A stretch of 64,000 nt of DNA from Trichoplax adhaerens (GCF_000150275.1 NW_002060961.1:1-64000); one strand, 5' to 3'; shown: positions 12,858-25,990, numbered from the stretch's first letter. Notes: generated by a model from the letters alone, not told the origin. Translations and numbers: made by a program.

Positions 12858-14901
12858 ATTTCAAGTAACGAATAGTTTATAAAACTTATTCGATCAAGAT
12901 TTTAATCAAATACGGTTAATAGCTTGAAATTATGGCAATGCACTTTATTGTATTTTAGTATTTGATCTTAAAATGATCGTAAGGAGATTTAATATCATAA
13001 ATTTCTTATAAAACGCAATCTTTATCTAACATGTCGGTTCGTCTAATTTTAAGTACGCTTCATTCAAAGCTTTCTAATAAATTTCTTGATTAATTTGACG
13101 TTCGAGTGAAGCAAATTCGAAGTCATGTTATATTATAAAATGATATAAGTTTAATATTTGTTGTAACATTACTGGAAGTAATTTGCTTTGCTAAATCAAC
13201 TGCGAAGAATTATTTAACTTTCAAAAGAAATTTCTTGGTAATTGCGATGGTATAGTAGTTCCAGTCAAAATACAATTTATCCAATGTTATAATGGTTTAA
13301 TTATGTATTGGATTGTGCTTGCAACTACTTATAGCTGCCGTTTTATCTTGTATAGCTAACTAAAATTTATAACAACTAAATCGCAAAAAGAGTGATAGAA
13401 ACATACAAATCAACTGCGTGTCTTATAATATAATTTATTAAAACGGAATTATTTCGATAGAATCGCTGCATAGGTTTATTAATAAAGGATAAAACAATAA
13501 TTATCAATTATAAATAGCTAAATTTCTCCCTACTGACATCTTGAAATCAAAATCAGCTTCAATATTACACGATTAAAGAACTTAAGAACAAATGGCTACA
13601 GTGATCTATGTCATACTAGTAACAAAAAAATTTATACTTATTGCATCATTGGATAAAATTTTCGTGTAATATCAGGATGACAATTACCTTTGCTTACACT
13701 ATGATACGAAGTAGATTCTATCACTATATGCTGCACAAAAATTTAAGAATAAATATGCTAACAATTTACTATGACATTGCGTAGTGCTAGGTTGGCTCTT
13801 CCATTATTGCTGATGGTGTTGCATGTGCTAAGTAATTTCGAGAACGTGTTATTAATTAATATATATTGCTAATAATATACACTGGAAATATACAGTAAAA
13901 CCTAGATTTGTATATACTAACTTATGATACTTGGCCGAAAGTATAGCGGAGATACCTTAGTTTACATTAATCTATTTAAGATAATTTCGATTTTATATAG
14001 CAAAGAAGGCGAAATCAATGTAATTTTCTACCTAATAGCACTTTTAAATTACTAGTTTGCTTTAAACATGTGATTACATTTCGATAAATGTCATCCCGGA
14101 TAGTTATATCACAATGTACATGCTTGGCTAAATACTGAGTCTACTTGCTGTAAAGAATAAATACTGAATAAATTTCGAAGACTCTTATTTAAGACATAAA
14201 TTTAATCGATAAATAATACAGTTTTATTAGTTAAGAAATTACTTAAAATATAATTTATTAAATGATAATATTTAATTTAAATATAATGGCATACTTTAGC
14301 AGATGATAAGGTAGATGTTAGAAGACATTTCACGTAAAATATTTAATCATAATTATAGATAGTAATCTAATTTATCAAGGTTTCGAAATATCATCATAGA
14401 AAATGACTGAATATATATGCAAAAAGTATATTAAAATAGAAAGTGAATGTTTATAATTACGTCATTTATAAGGATTTCTTTTCGAAATAGATAAAGGTAT
14501 GGATATATTATTATATACTTTGTGGCTTAGATTACTCTTATAATATACTCATATGTTTAAATATTTATCAATTAAGACAGCCATAAATACGCTATTTTAC
14601 TTAAACTGATCATATTTAGAGCACAGGATGAAAAATTTCAGCTGTAAGTGTTCCATAAATTCTAACCTTATATTTTACAAGCTGTTGATACGACAACTTA
14701 GAAAGTGCTAATTATGAAACGGACAGTAAAATCTTGCAAAATTAGTAAATGAAGTTTCATTAGGTTATAAGTAACCACGAAGGATATGTAAAAAGTATTT
14801 GTGAACAGAGTATATATCCTCATTAGCAGTATAAGAGCGTTTGCAAATTTCTTGCGGTAAAGCTCAAAAATTCTGATTCTTAAATGGAATGCAACAGCAG
14901 T

Positions 14902-15343
14902 TGCTACAACTACCCTTGCAACACTAGAAAGCAACACAGTACTTATAATAAACTCTACTTTAATCACCTGAACTGCTTTCCTAGCCTATGGTATAGCAAC
15001 TGGAATCCTTAAGAAGTACTTACTCGCTCAACACAATATACGGTATAAAACTATCACACAACTTCGCCTTAACCTGAATCATTTTCTATTGACCCCCGTC
15101 TTTTTTGTATACTCTTTTAGTACTTACAAACACATTTGCTATGCTATCAACATATTTTAGTAACAAGCATTTTATTACAATTGAATTATCAAATACGGAC
15201 ATTCGAGGTAATGAACAATTTCATACGTAAATCTACTTCGACTGTAAGCCCTGTCAAGCTTTATGTTCTCGATACTTGTGATATATCTTTATATCATTAT
15301 AATATCACTATAACTTAGGTTCTTACGAATAATAACTCTGACA
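14902..15343 (-). mobile_element. Solo LTR (~440 bp) with degenerate 5-bp TSD
   Basis: TG...CA ends flanked by gcagt (14897-14901) and ttagt (15344-15348). The empty paralogous site at ~20370 reads caacagtagtggta. One end (tgctacaac) resembles the 8506 element. Confidence 0.7.
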
Positions 15344-15844
15344 TTAGTGGTAACTTAAGCGAGTACGATGTAGCTTAAATGAAAGTATATATAAAATGGC
15401 AAATATAGTATTGAGCAGATTCACACTGTTGAAGGTTTTAATGGAAATTTAGCATGATTCAAAAGATATAAGTATACTATTACTATATACCAAAATAAAA
15501 GTACTACTAATAATGTAAAATTGGATTTTTTAGTAAGCCTATCGATTAAGAGTTTGGTCCAAAAATAATTTCAAATTTGTCAATCTCAACTATATGCAAT
15601 ATTCATATAAGTATTTAAGTTTCTTTTAGCGGAGTATAAGCCATTAATTCATAATATAGATCCGATTTTAACCTGATTAATGGATTATCAACTAATACTG
15701 ATAGAGTTACAGCGAACAAAAATATTTGAAATATTCAGAGTTGGATTTTCTAACGATACCTCATGAACATTTTTTCCAGTTATAGCGGCATGAAATCGAT
15801 TAAGCTAGTAAAATATCATTCAGCTTGCAGCCTAAGTTATATAT

Positions 15845-16376
15845 GCAAGATCGCAGAAAATTGTTGACTGAGAATGAGTGGAAGCATAAACCAAGAGGTA
15901 TAATACTGACGACATCAATGGTGCGTAATTAAGCAGTTCACATAGGACGAAAAGTTTAATTTTATGCATTGGATAAAACGGCAACAACCGTCTTGGTATA
16001 CCAAAATAACTATTTATACTAATTATATTGATGATAAATTTGTTTTGAAAGTTTTAAGTGGCGAAAAAAGCAACAAATACGCTTACAATAGCTTTAAACA
16101 TCGGTATCTCTTGACGATATTTTGCAAGACCGAAGGCTAGCAAAATGCAATCGACGAAGGCTATAACAAACAGAATAAAATGTAATAGTACTGAAACACG
16201 TACGTATTAAACAGTAAGCGCATTTATTGCAATATTTTTCTGTTACTAAAAAAGATTAGCAATCGATGCATTAAGAATCAAATCAATGTAGACATTGGAA
16301 AAGCAAATATGATAACGTATTAACATACTTGTAATCTTATCGATTGATATAAAAAATTAATATTGGTGTTGCTAAT
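15845..16376 (-). pseudogene. GPCR copy 5, eroded TM1-ECL2 remnant
   Basis: Nucleotide similarity to intact copies (e.g. atagtactgaaac, ataaaacggc); ATG>ATT; many indels. Confidence 0.8.
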
Positions 16377-17164
16377 ATTCCTTGTTACATTTGAGTTTAA
16401 AATTTTGCCGAGAAGGAAAATTGACCGAAATGCAGGACTTTTAATATTTAATTTTCATAAAATTATTATCTTCGTATTAATATTTGGTTTGGATTTAATA
16501 TCGTAGGGACTGCATTGATAAATCTGAGGGTCTAATATTATTATAAAAACCTTCTGTTTTGCTTTGAATATCTGATTTAGTTTCAACTATACCTTTCTTG
16601 TTATAACTGTATCATTCTATACCTGCATTGTTAAATACTAAACCTGTATTCGGTTAAGAATGTACGCTGAGTAAGATTTTTATGAATTTTACCTTAACTG
16701 AGAACTTAATCAGTTAATAATGCAGTAAAATAAATTTCTTAAGCTGCAATGTCGTGTTAAATATAGTAAAGTAACTGGCACTCGGTGGTAGATACCTTAT
16801 ATACTGAATCTTTAAAGACGTATTAGTTATTAATTTATATATCCATTTCTTGAGGATTTGTTAAGGTTTCAAAATATTAGCATAAAATGAGATCGAATAA
16901 TAGAAGAATATACTGTGGCAGGTACAAAAGTATGAAGGTTGTGATGATGTACTTAGCACTACTAAAATAGAATTGCCGAGAACTATTATTGTAGCATACC
17001 AAAAATGAAAGTACTTCCAAGAAGATCAATCTGTTTTAATTTTATTCTACCAGTTTAGTTAGCAATTCGAATTTTATCAACAAGTACAGTATATATAGAT
17101 TTCAAATTTAGTACGAAAAAAATGTTGCATTAGTCACTTTCATTTATATACTGGTGCTGTTCTT

Positions 17165-18118
17165 TTAAGTGCATAAGCACTTTTTTAATAGAGATACAAA
17201 CTCTCGCCTAATATGATGATCAAATTTTAACAAAATCAATGGATTCACAGCAAATAGTGATAGGGTTACTCCTGAACCTAAAGAGATTAAAACATATAGA
17301 GCATGACTTTCTAATGATACTTGATAAGCTGTTTTTCTAGTTACAGCAGATCCAATTAAGGTAGCGAATTGCGGCCAACCAATTAATACGGTAGAAAGTG
17401 TAATGCTAATTAAAACTTTAGTGAATCGTTTTTTTTGCATTATTTCTATTTCTGCTCGATCTGATGCTATACAACCCGGTCGGATTTGATTCGTATGTGT
17501 TTTAACTAATTTTATATAAATGACTGCCATAATTAAAACTGGAATAATGTATAGGATGAAGGAAAGCAGAATTTCCCATACAGCTACAGCTGGCGTAATA
17601 ATCATAAAATCACAGAAACTCGTTGAATGTGAATAAGTAGAACCATAAACCAAAACTGGCGATGTTGACGATATCGACGCTATACAAATGAATAATTCAC
17701 ATACGACGAGAAATTGGATTTTATATTTTCGATAAAACGGCGATAACGGTCTTGCAATAACGAAATAGCGATTAACACTAATTAATGTTAAGTTCATGAT
17801 GGAAACTCCAAATGATGAAAAAGCAATAAACGAAAAAGTTTTGCATATCAGCGACCCTTGATGATGGTTTATCTTGCTGAAAGTTATCAAGTTGTAGCCA
17901 ATAAAGATTGCAATAGACGAAAGAGCATCGGATATTACTGAAACGAGTATTAGGCGATAGGTAGGCTTTCTAAAATACTTTACTGTTATTAATAGATAGG
18001 CAATCAATATATTAAAAATCCATGCGATAAAAGATACTGGAATTGCACATACAACAGCATATTTATATAATTCTAATCCGCTCCATCGCTGAGAAACATT
18101 AGCATTAGTGCTGTTCAT
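17165..18118 (-). CDS. Intronless class A GPCR, 317 aa
   Basis: Complete 7TM ORF with NRY, YIIP, WP, NPLIL. Confidence 0.95.
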   Translation of the reverse strand: MNSTNANVSQRWSGLELYKYAVVCAIPVSFIAWIFNILIAYLLITVKYFRKPTYRLILVSVISDALSSIAIFIGYNLITFSKINHHQGSLICKTFSFIAFSSFGVSIMNLTLISVNRYFVIARPLSPFYRKYKIQFLVVCELFICIASISSTSPVLVYGSTYSHSTSFCDFMIITPAVAVWEILLSFILYIIPVLIMAVIYIKLVKTHTNQIRPGCIASDRAEIEIMQKKRFTKVLISITLSTVLIGWPQFATLIGSAVTRKTAYQVSLESHALYVLISLGSGVTLSLFAVNPLILLKFDHHIRREFVSLLKKCLCT

Positions 18119-20057
18119 GTTCCAAGTTATACTCTAGTTGAAAGTTTATATGATGTTGAAAGACTTTAGCAAAATGCGATCGATACTTGAAGTTTTATAA
18201 ACGAAATCTTACAGTATTATATCTCAATATTTGATAATAACATAGCTATTAATAGAAAAAAAGTATCAAAGTCCAATTACAGGTCAATCTCTAACATACA
18301 GTTTTTTCTATCTTAATCTACTGTTTTTAATTAACGATTTAAAAAGTTCTAGACAATTCGTTAATCAAGTATTGTAAAACTAGATATTCTTAGTTCAATG
18401 ACAATGTGAAATAAAGCAAATTTAAAATACGTCTGGTAATTATTATGTCAATATCTAAACTAATTCTCTTTGTTAAATAAACTACGAAATGTACTTTGAA
18501 TTCGAAAATCCATTCTTTTATTTATTTTTACGAAAAAGTACTATATTTACGATGAACAAAACCTATAGTTATTCAAAAGGTTAAATATACGGGTAGAATA
18601 GTGCATTAAATAAATCGATTTTTAACTTTGCTAAACAGAACTGCTGACAAGCTGCATTAATGTAGGGACGAGACTTGTTGAAAATTAAGTAACAAAAATT
18701 CCTTTTAGGAATTAAAAATCAACGTCAGTCTGATATTCAATTCAGAAATTATTTTGTCGACCGCCATCACGATTTTTACTTATATAATGAGTCAACATGG
18801 TTATCTTTCACTATAATGGTTATATTTATAGCTATTAATGGATTGAAGCAATAGGTCAGCGTCAAGTTAGATCCTATGAATAAAACTAATTGAATTCATT
18901 GCTTTAAAAATTTCTTCATTTTATGTAATTTATACGTATGCTATCACTACTATTGATTAATGTATAAAAATGAGGAAAATCATACCTGTATCGGCACCTG
19001 TATCAACAGCAATAAATATGGTATTTAATAAACATCGTAAAATTAAATCTTTTTCTGCTGCTCAAAGTTATGAAATTAGTAATGAAATTTCCCATAGTAC
19101 ATGGCAATCTTACGTTGATAGCATGCACCGCTCTTAATTTATATAACTAATAGCATATGAACTCCTTTGGACCTAGATTCATATTTGCAGTTTTCAAATT
19201 AAAATGGTAGTCATATGAAATCTTATCAATTAATCTAGATAAATAATATTCTTCACCAGTAGTGTTAACTAGCAATATATACCAAATATGCAAACAAGCA
19301 AATTTATGAATATTACCGACACAGGTAAATTTAGAAAATATAACTTAGTTTCTAACGATTCACACGTTATTTCGCAGCTTTGACTTAATGATATAAAATC
19401 ATATTATTAATAACTATTTTCGCTTGAAAATTTGAATTATAGTTAGTTCATTTCACATAGGTATAATGCTCCGAAAATTCAATAATTCATTTATACTCGT
19501 ATATCCTTCTACTTATTGACGGTTACATTTGGAACTACTGCTTTCTCAAGGATAGCATATTAAAAACTTCTATGCCTTTTCATTTAAACTGAAATTTTTA
19601 AGTTCTAAATAATACAGTTTGTTAAATTATTATTTTAAATTTTATGATACAGGAACATCCTAGGAGTAAGCAAATACATCTATAATATACGCAGCGATTT
19701 GGTTCTGCTGCTATATGTAGTTATATTCTTGGGCGTAAGAGAACTATTACGGAGGGTGCCAATTCAAGCAGCGTACAGTATGGACTTTTATCGTAGATAA
19801 AATCAGATCAATGGCCAACGAAACGGCCCAACGGTTTGCCAGCAATAATAAAACACGGCCGTTGGCTTCGCTGGTCATATTTAGAGGATGTAATGAGAAA
19901 TTTCTACCGTTAGTGTTTCGTAAATTCTAACTGTATATTTTGTAAACTGCTAATGCAACAATTTAGAAAACACTATTTATAAAACGAACAGTAATATAAT
20001 GGCAATAATAATTATATAATGCTTGATTAGGTTATAAGTAACCACGAAAGATATATG

Positions 20058-20255
20058 TTCTGGCTAAAACCAGAATGCCGGCTATTATGCATAATAGCCG
20101 GCTAATATGGATAATAACCGATCAGTTTGGCTATTATGCATAATAGCCACACCCAGCCGGTTATTATGCATAGTAACTCCTTCGAGGTTTATTTTGAATA
20201 GTAGGCTATTTATTCATTACGTTTTTATATCATCTATAAATCATGTATAACAATT
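20058..20255. mobile_element. ~200-bp insertion with palindromic subrepeats
   Basis: Absent at paralogous ~14785 and ~10070. Perfect palindromes at 20077-20102 (26 bp) and 20128-20149 (22 bp), plus degenerate copies. Confidence 0.65.
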
Positions 20256-20709
20256 ATATACAAAATATTAAGAACAGAGTATACTCATATATGCTCGTCA
20301 ACGGTATAAGAGCGTTTGTGAATTTCTTCTGGTTAATCTTGAAAATACTGATTCTAAAATGGAAGACAACAGTAGTGGTACCTGCGCGAGTGCCGTGAAG
20401 AGTTTTAACGGAAATTGTACGTGATTCGAAAAAAATATGCGCGCACTATTACTATGTACCAAAGTAAAAGTGTTACTAATAGAATTAAATTTGAATTTTT
20501 AGTAAGCGTGTAGATTAGGAGTTTGGTCCCAAAATTGTTGCAAATTTGTGGATCTCAGTTACATACAACATTCATTCAAGTCTTTGAGCACCTTTCAGCA
20601 GAGTTCAAGGTTTAAATTCATAATGGAGATCCGATTTCAACCTGATTAATGAATTACTATTAAATACTGATAAGGTTACAGTGAACCAACAAAATATGTC
20701 TAGATTATT

Positions 20710-21447
20710 ACGGTAGAAAGTGTTGTGTTGATTAAAACTATATTAAATTGTTTCTTTGGTTATATTTTTGTACTTGCTCGATTAGATGGAATACAACCCA
20801 ATCAATTATAATTATTGAATGTAAATAAGAACTATGATTGAAACAGGAACAATATATTTGATAAAAGAAAGTATAATTTCCTATTTAGCTACAGCCTAAG
20901 TAATAATTGCAATATCGTAGAAAACTGTTGGCTGAAAATGAGTGGAAGCATAGACCAAGAGATGCAATGTTGACGGCATCAAGGGTATGTAATTAAATAG
21001 TTCTCATATGCTGAAAAATTCATTTCTATGCTTTCGATAAAACTACGATAAAGGTCTTACTATGCTTTGGCTCAATAATGATTCATACTAATTATAATAA
21101 TGATAAATTTATGATGAAAGTTTTTTAAATGGCGAAAAAACGATAAATACGGGCGCAATAGCTTTATATATCGGTATCTCTTGAAGATATTTTGTAAGGC
21201 CGAAAGCTACCAAATACAATCGATAGATCCTTTAATAGACAAAATAAAATTGAATAGTACTAAAACAAGTACGCGTTCAGCAATAATCACCATTATTAAA
21301 ATACTTCGCTGTTACCAAAAGATTAGCAATCGATGCATTAAGGATTAAAGCAATGCAGACATTGGAATAGCAGATATGATAACTTATTAATGCAACTATA
21401 ATCCTATCGATCGATATAAAAATTACCGTTATATTGTTATTGCTAAT
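20710..21447 (-). pseudogene. GPCR copy 7, eroded TM1-TM6 remnant
   Basis: Paralogue of 15845-16376 with the same ATG>ATT change; retains TM5/TM6-like sequence (tacggtagaaagtg). Confidence 0.82.
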
Positions 21448-22097
21448 ATTTCAAGTTGCAGCCAAGTTTAAAATATTGCTGAGATTAAAAATTAAGCGAT
21501 AAATAGTTGTATCAATCTATGCCTGCATTATCAAATCCTAAACCTGTACGTCTTTAAGAATACACACTGAGTAATTTTTAAAGAATTTTACTTAAAGTGA
21601 GAGCTTAATCAATTAATAATAAAGTTTTGTTAATTAGTAAAATGAAAATTTGTTAAGCTGTAATATTGTGTTCAATATCGTAAAATAAGAGGCACTTGGT
21701 GCTAGATACGGTAGATACAGAATCTTCAAAGAGAGACGTATCCGCTATTAATTGTAATAATTATATATTCTTTTCCTGGGGATTTATTAGGCTTTCGAAA
21801 TATCGGGATAAAACGAGATCGAATAATAGAAGAATATGCTGCAGCACGTCCAATAGTCTGAAGGGCTGTGGTTACACTTGGCGTGCCTAAAATAGGATTG
21901 CCGAAAACTATTATTGCGGCATACCAAAAATGAAAGCACTACCAATAAGATCAATGTGTTCTAGTTTTACTCTACCACTTTAGCCAAGAATTCGAATTTT
22001 ATGGACAGGTACTTTACATTGATTACAGATTTGGTACGGAAATAATATTTCATAAGTCACTTTCATTTAAAAGTTGGTGCTTTTTTTTTTGAGTATG

Positions 22098-23042
22098 TTA
22101 GCTTTTTTTTAATAAAGCTATAAACTTTTGCCTTATATGATGATCAAATTTCAACAAGATCAATGGATTGACAGCAAATAACGATAGAGTTACCGCTATA
22201 CCTAAATAGATTAAAATGTATAAGATATGACTTTCTAATGATACTTGATAAACTGTTTTTCGCGTTACAGCAGTGCCAATTAAGGTAGCAAAATGGGGCC
22301 AAGTAATTAATACGGTAGAAAGTGTTATGCTAATTAAAACTTTAGTAAATCGTTTCTTTTGCTTTTTTTGCATTTCTGCTCGTTTGGATACCATGCAACC
22401 CGGTCGGATATGATTCTTATGGATTGTAACTAATTTTATGTACATTACAGCCATGGTTGAAACTGGAATAATGTATAGGATGAACGAAAGTAGTATTTCC
22501 CATACAGCTACAGCCGGCGTAATATTCGTAAAATCACAGAAAGTCGTTGAATGTGAATAAGTAGAACCGTAAACCAAGACTGGCGATGTTGACGATATCG
22601 ACGCTATACAAATGAATAATTCGCATACGACGAGAAATTGGATTTTATATTTTCGATAAAACGGCGATAACGGTCTTGCAATAACGAAATAGCGATCAAC
22701 ACTAATTAATGTTAAGTTCATGATGGAAACTCCAAATGACGCAAAGGCAATAAATACAAAAATTTTGCACATCAGCGACCCTTGATAAAGGTTTATATGG
22801 CTGAAAGTCATTAAGCTATAGCCAATAAAGAGTGTAATAGACGAAAGAGTATCGGATATTACTGAAACGAGTATTAGACGATAGGTAGGTTTTTTAAAAC
22901 AGTTTTTTGTTACCAACAGATAGGCAATCAGCATATTAAGAATCGAAGCGATGAAACATACTGGAATAGCACATACAACTACATATTGATGTACTTCTAA
23001 TCCGCTCCATCTTTGGGAAACATTAGCATTAGTATTGTTCAT
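22098..23042 (-). CDS. Intronless class A GPCR, 314 aa
   Basis: Complete 7TM ORF with canonical DRY, YIIP, WP, NPLIL. Confidence 0.95.
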   Translation of the reverse strand: MNNTNANVSQRWSGLEVHQYVVVCAIPVCFIASILNMLIAYLLVTKNCFKKPTYRLILVSVISDTLSSITLFIGYSLMTFSHINLYQGSLMCKIFVFIAFASFGVSIMNLTLISVDRYFVIARPLSPFYRKYKIQFLVVCELFICIASISSTSPVLVYGSTYSHSTTFCDFTNITPAVAVWEILLSFILYIIPVSTMAVMYIKLVTIHKNHIRPGCMVSKRAEMQKKQKKRFTKVLISITLSTVLITWPHFATLIGTAVTRKTVYQVSLESHILYILIYLGIAVTLSLFAVNPLILLKFDHHIRQKFIALLKKS

Positions 23043-24719
23043 AATTCAAGATATACTTGAATTGAAAATTCCTATGATGTTAAAAAGATTCTTACAAATT
23101 ACAATCGATGTTTGAAGTTTTTTAAACGAAATCTTACAGTATTATATTTCCATATTCGATAATAACCTGGCCATCAACAGTAAAAAATTAACTAATAAGT
23201 CAATCTCTAACGTACGTTCTTTTCCTAATCTATTGTATTCAATTCACGATTTAAAAAGTTCTAGACAAATTCGTGAATCAAGTAATGTAAAACTGGACAT
23301 TCTTAGTTTAATTGTAGTATGAAATAAAAAATAAAATTTAATAACACGTCTGATAATTATTATCATGACATCTAAACTATTTCTTATTGTTAAATAAACT
23401 ACGAAGGATACTTTGTATTCTAAAATCTATTCTTTTATTCGTGGTTATGAAAAGTCGTACATTTACGACCAAAAAATTTCTATAAGTACCCAAAGGTTAA
23501 CCATATGAGTAGGATAGCGCATTAAATAACTTCGTTTTTAACTTGACTAAACAGGACTATTGATAAATTACATTGATATAAGGATAAGACTTACTGAAAA
23601 TCAAGGAACGAAATTGCGTTTTCGAAAATTAAATCAATATCACCTAATATTCAATTGAGAAATTATTTTATCTTCCGCCGTCGTAATTTTTACATGTTTA
23701 ATGAGTCGGCATCATTATCAATTATTATATTGGTTAAATTTTCTTGCAATTAATGTATTAAAACAATAGGTCAGCGTCAAATTACTGTAGATACTGACAT
23801 GAAAATAATCGAATTCATTGTTTTAAAAGTTTCTAAATTCTTTCTATAATTTATACGTATACTATTACTACTATTGATTAATGTATAAAAGGAGCCAAAT
23901 TATATTTTTATCGGAGCCCGTATCAACAGTAATAAATATGGCACTTTATAGGCATTTTAAAATTAAATTCCTATGGTGTTCAAAAAGATAGCAGATTCTC
24001 ATGTTCACGCTTGTTGTGTATGTATGTATATATATATAAAAAATCGGTTCCTTGATTGCACTCGTATAAAAATTGGCGATGACCTTTTCCCATAGTTTAT
24101 GGTAATCTTACGTTGATAGTGGGTACCGTATTTAATTTACATGGTTAGTATCATATGAACTTCTTTGGATATGGTATCGTATCAATTATAGTTTTTTAAA
24201 TTTAAAGTTGTAGTCAGTTCAATAATTCATTTATACATCCTTCTACTCGTTTACACTTAAGCTCGAAATACTATGTTCTCTAGGATAACATATTGTAAAA
24301 TTGCATACTTTTTCTTTTAAAGTAAGACTTTCAAGCTATGAATAGTACAGCTTATTAAGTTATTCAATTTAACTTTTATAATACAGTAAAGTTCTATAAA
24401 TAAGCAAAAACATACATCTATAATACATGCAGCTGTTCGACTCTGTAACTGTATGTAAATATATACAGTATGTACAGTAAATCTGCCAAATCATGGTAAT
24501 GTGCCGTAACATACACTTAGTGTAGTTCAACCAGGATTACTTGGAACTATTATTACGGTATGCCAAAAATGAAAGAACTACTAACAAGATCAATCTTTTG
24601 TAATATCACGCTCCAATTTAGTCAAGAATTCTGATTTTATTAGCAATAATAAAGATTATAAATTTGGTACGCAAATAATGTTCATTCGTTACTTTTATTT
24701 ATGTACTAGTGTTTTTTTT

Positions 24720-24869
24720 TTAAGTACGTAAGCACATTTTAAACAGTTATAAATTCTTGCCTGATATTATAATCAAATTTCAACCAAATCAATGGATTCA
24801 TAGCAAATAACGACAGAGTTACTGTTGTAACTAAATAGATTAAAATAGATAGGGTATAACTTTCTAATG
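24720..24869 (-). pseudogene. GPCR copy 9, only TM7/C-terminus left after internal deletion
   Basis: Matches 17165-17315, then jumps directly to sequence homologous to upstream 18175+. Confidence 0.85.
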
Positions 24870-25244
24870 CGATGCTTGAAGTCTTGTAAACGAAATCTTA
24901 CAGTATTATATCTTAATATTAGACGATAATAAAGTCATCAATCGAAAGCAGAGTATGAAGATTAAGTTACAAGTCAATGTCTAATATACTTTTTTTTCTG
25001 TAATCATCTGCCGTATTTAATTAACATTTAAAAAAGTTATAGATAAATTCATTAATCAAGTAATACAAAACTGGATATTCTCAGTTTAATTATCGTATGG
25101 AATAAATCAACACTTAATAATACGTCCGACAATTATTATCATAATATATCGAAAGTAATTCTCTTTGTTAAATAAACTACGAAGGATACTTTGTATTCTA
25201 AAATCTATTCTTTTATTTGTGCTAGTTCATTGCCTGCTACATTG

Positions 25245-25990
25245 CTATAGTATTGTCTTGTCTATTTGTGGAAAGACCTGGCTCATAATTTGATGAGCAA
25301 TTATGGTCGCTGAGATAGGAAAGTTTGCATTTATCCGTCAATCGGAATATCACTCTACGACCAGCGATCATTGTACCAGGGACTACTAAAAAGTTTCTGC
25401 TTTGTTACAGTGGTCCCTGACCTGACAGTGTATGATATGATACACTATAGTGTCCTCTTGCTTAGTTGTAGAAAGACCTGGCTCATAATTTGATGAGTAA
25501 CTATGGTCGCTAAGATTGGAAAGTTTGCATTTATCCGTCGATTGGAATATCTTTTTGCGACCAGCGATCATTGTACCAAGGACAACTAAAAAGTTCCTGC
25601 TTTGTTACAGTGGTCCCTGACCTGATAGTGTATGATATGGTACACTATAGTGTCGTCTTGCTTAGTTATGGAAAGATCTGGCTCATAATTTGATGAGCAA
25701 CTATGGTCGCTGAGATTGGAAAGTTTGCATTTATCCGTCAATCGGAATATCACTCTGCGACCAGCGATCATTGTACCAGGGACTACTAAAAAGTTTCTGT
25801 TTTGGTACGGTAGTCCCTGACCTGACAGAGTATGATATGTTACACTATAATATCGTCTTGCTTAGTTGCAGAAAGACCTGGTTCATAATTTGATGAGCAA
25901 TTATGGTCGCTGAGATTGGAAAGTTTGCATTTATCCGTCGATGGGAAATATTCCCGTGCGATCAGAGACCATCGTAGTGGGATAACTATA
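25245..25990. repeat. 200-bp tandem repeat, ~3.7 copies
   Basis: gaaagacctggctcataatttgatgag recurs at ~25271, 25471, 25671 and 25871. Confidence 0.95.

Noticed and set aside
19725-19880. GC-richer hairpin-containing stretch as an RNA gene
   Set aside because: No tRNA or known RNA fold recognised; probably a transposon fragment at a duplication junction.
25245-25990. CRISPR array or repeated 61-aa peptide genes
   Set aside because: Whole units repeat with no unique spacers, no cas genes, eukaryotic context; the ORFs are by-products.
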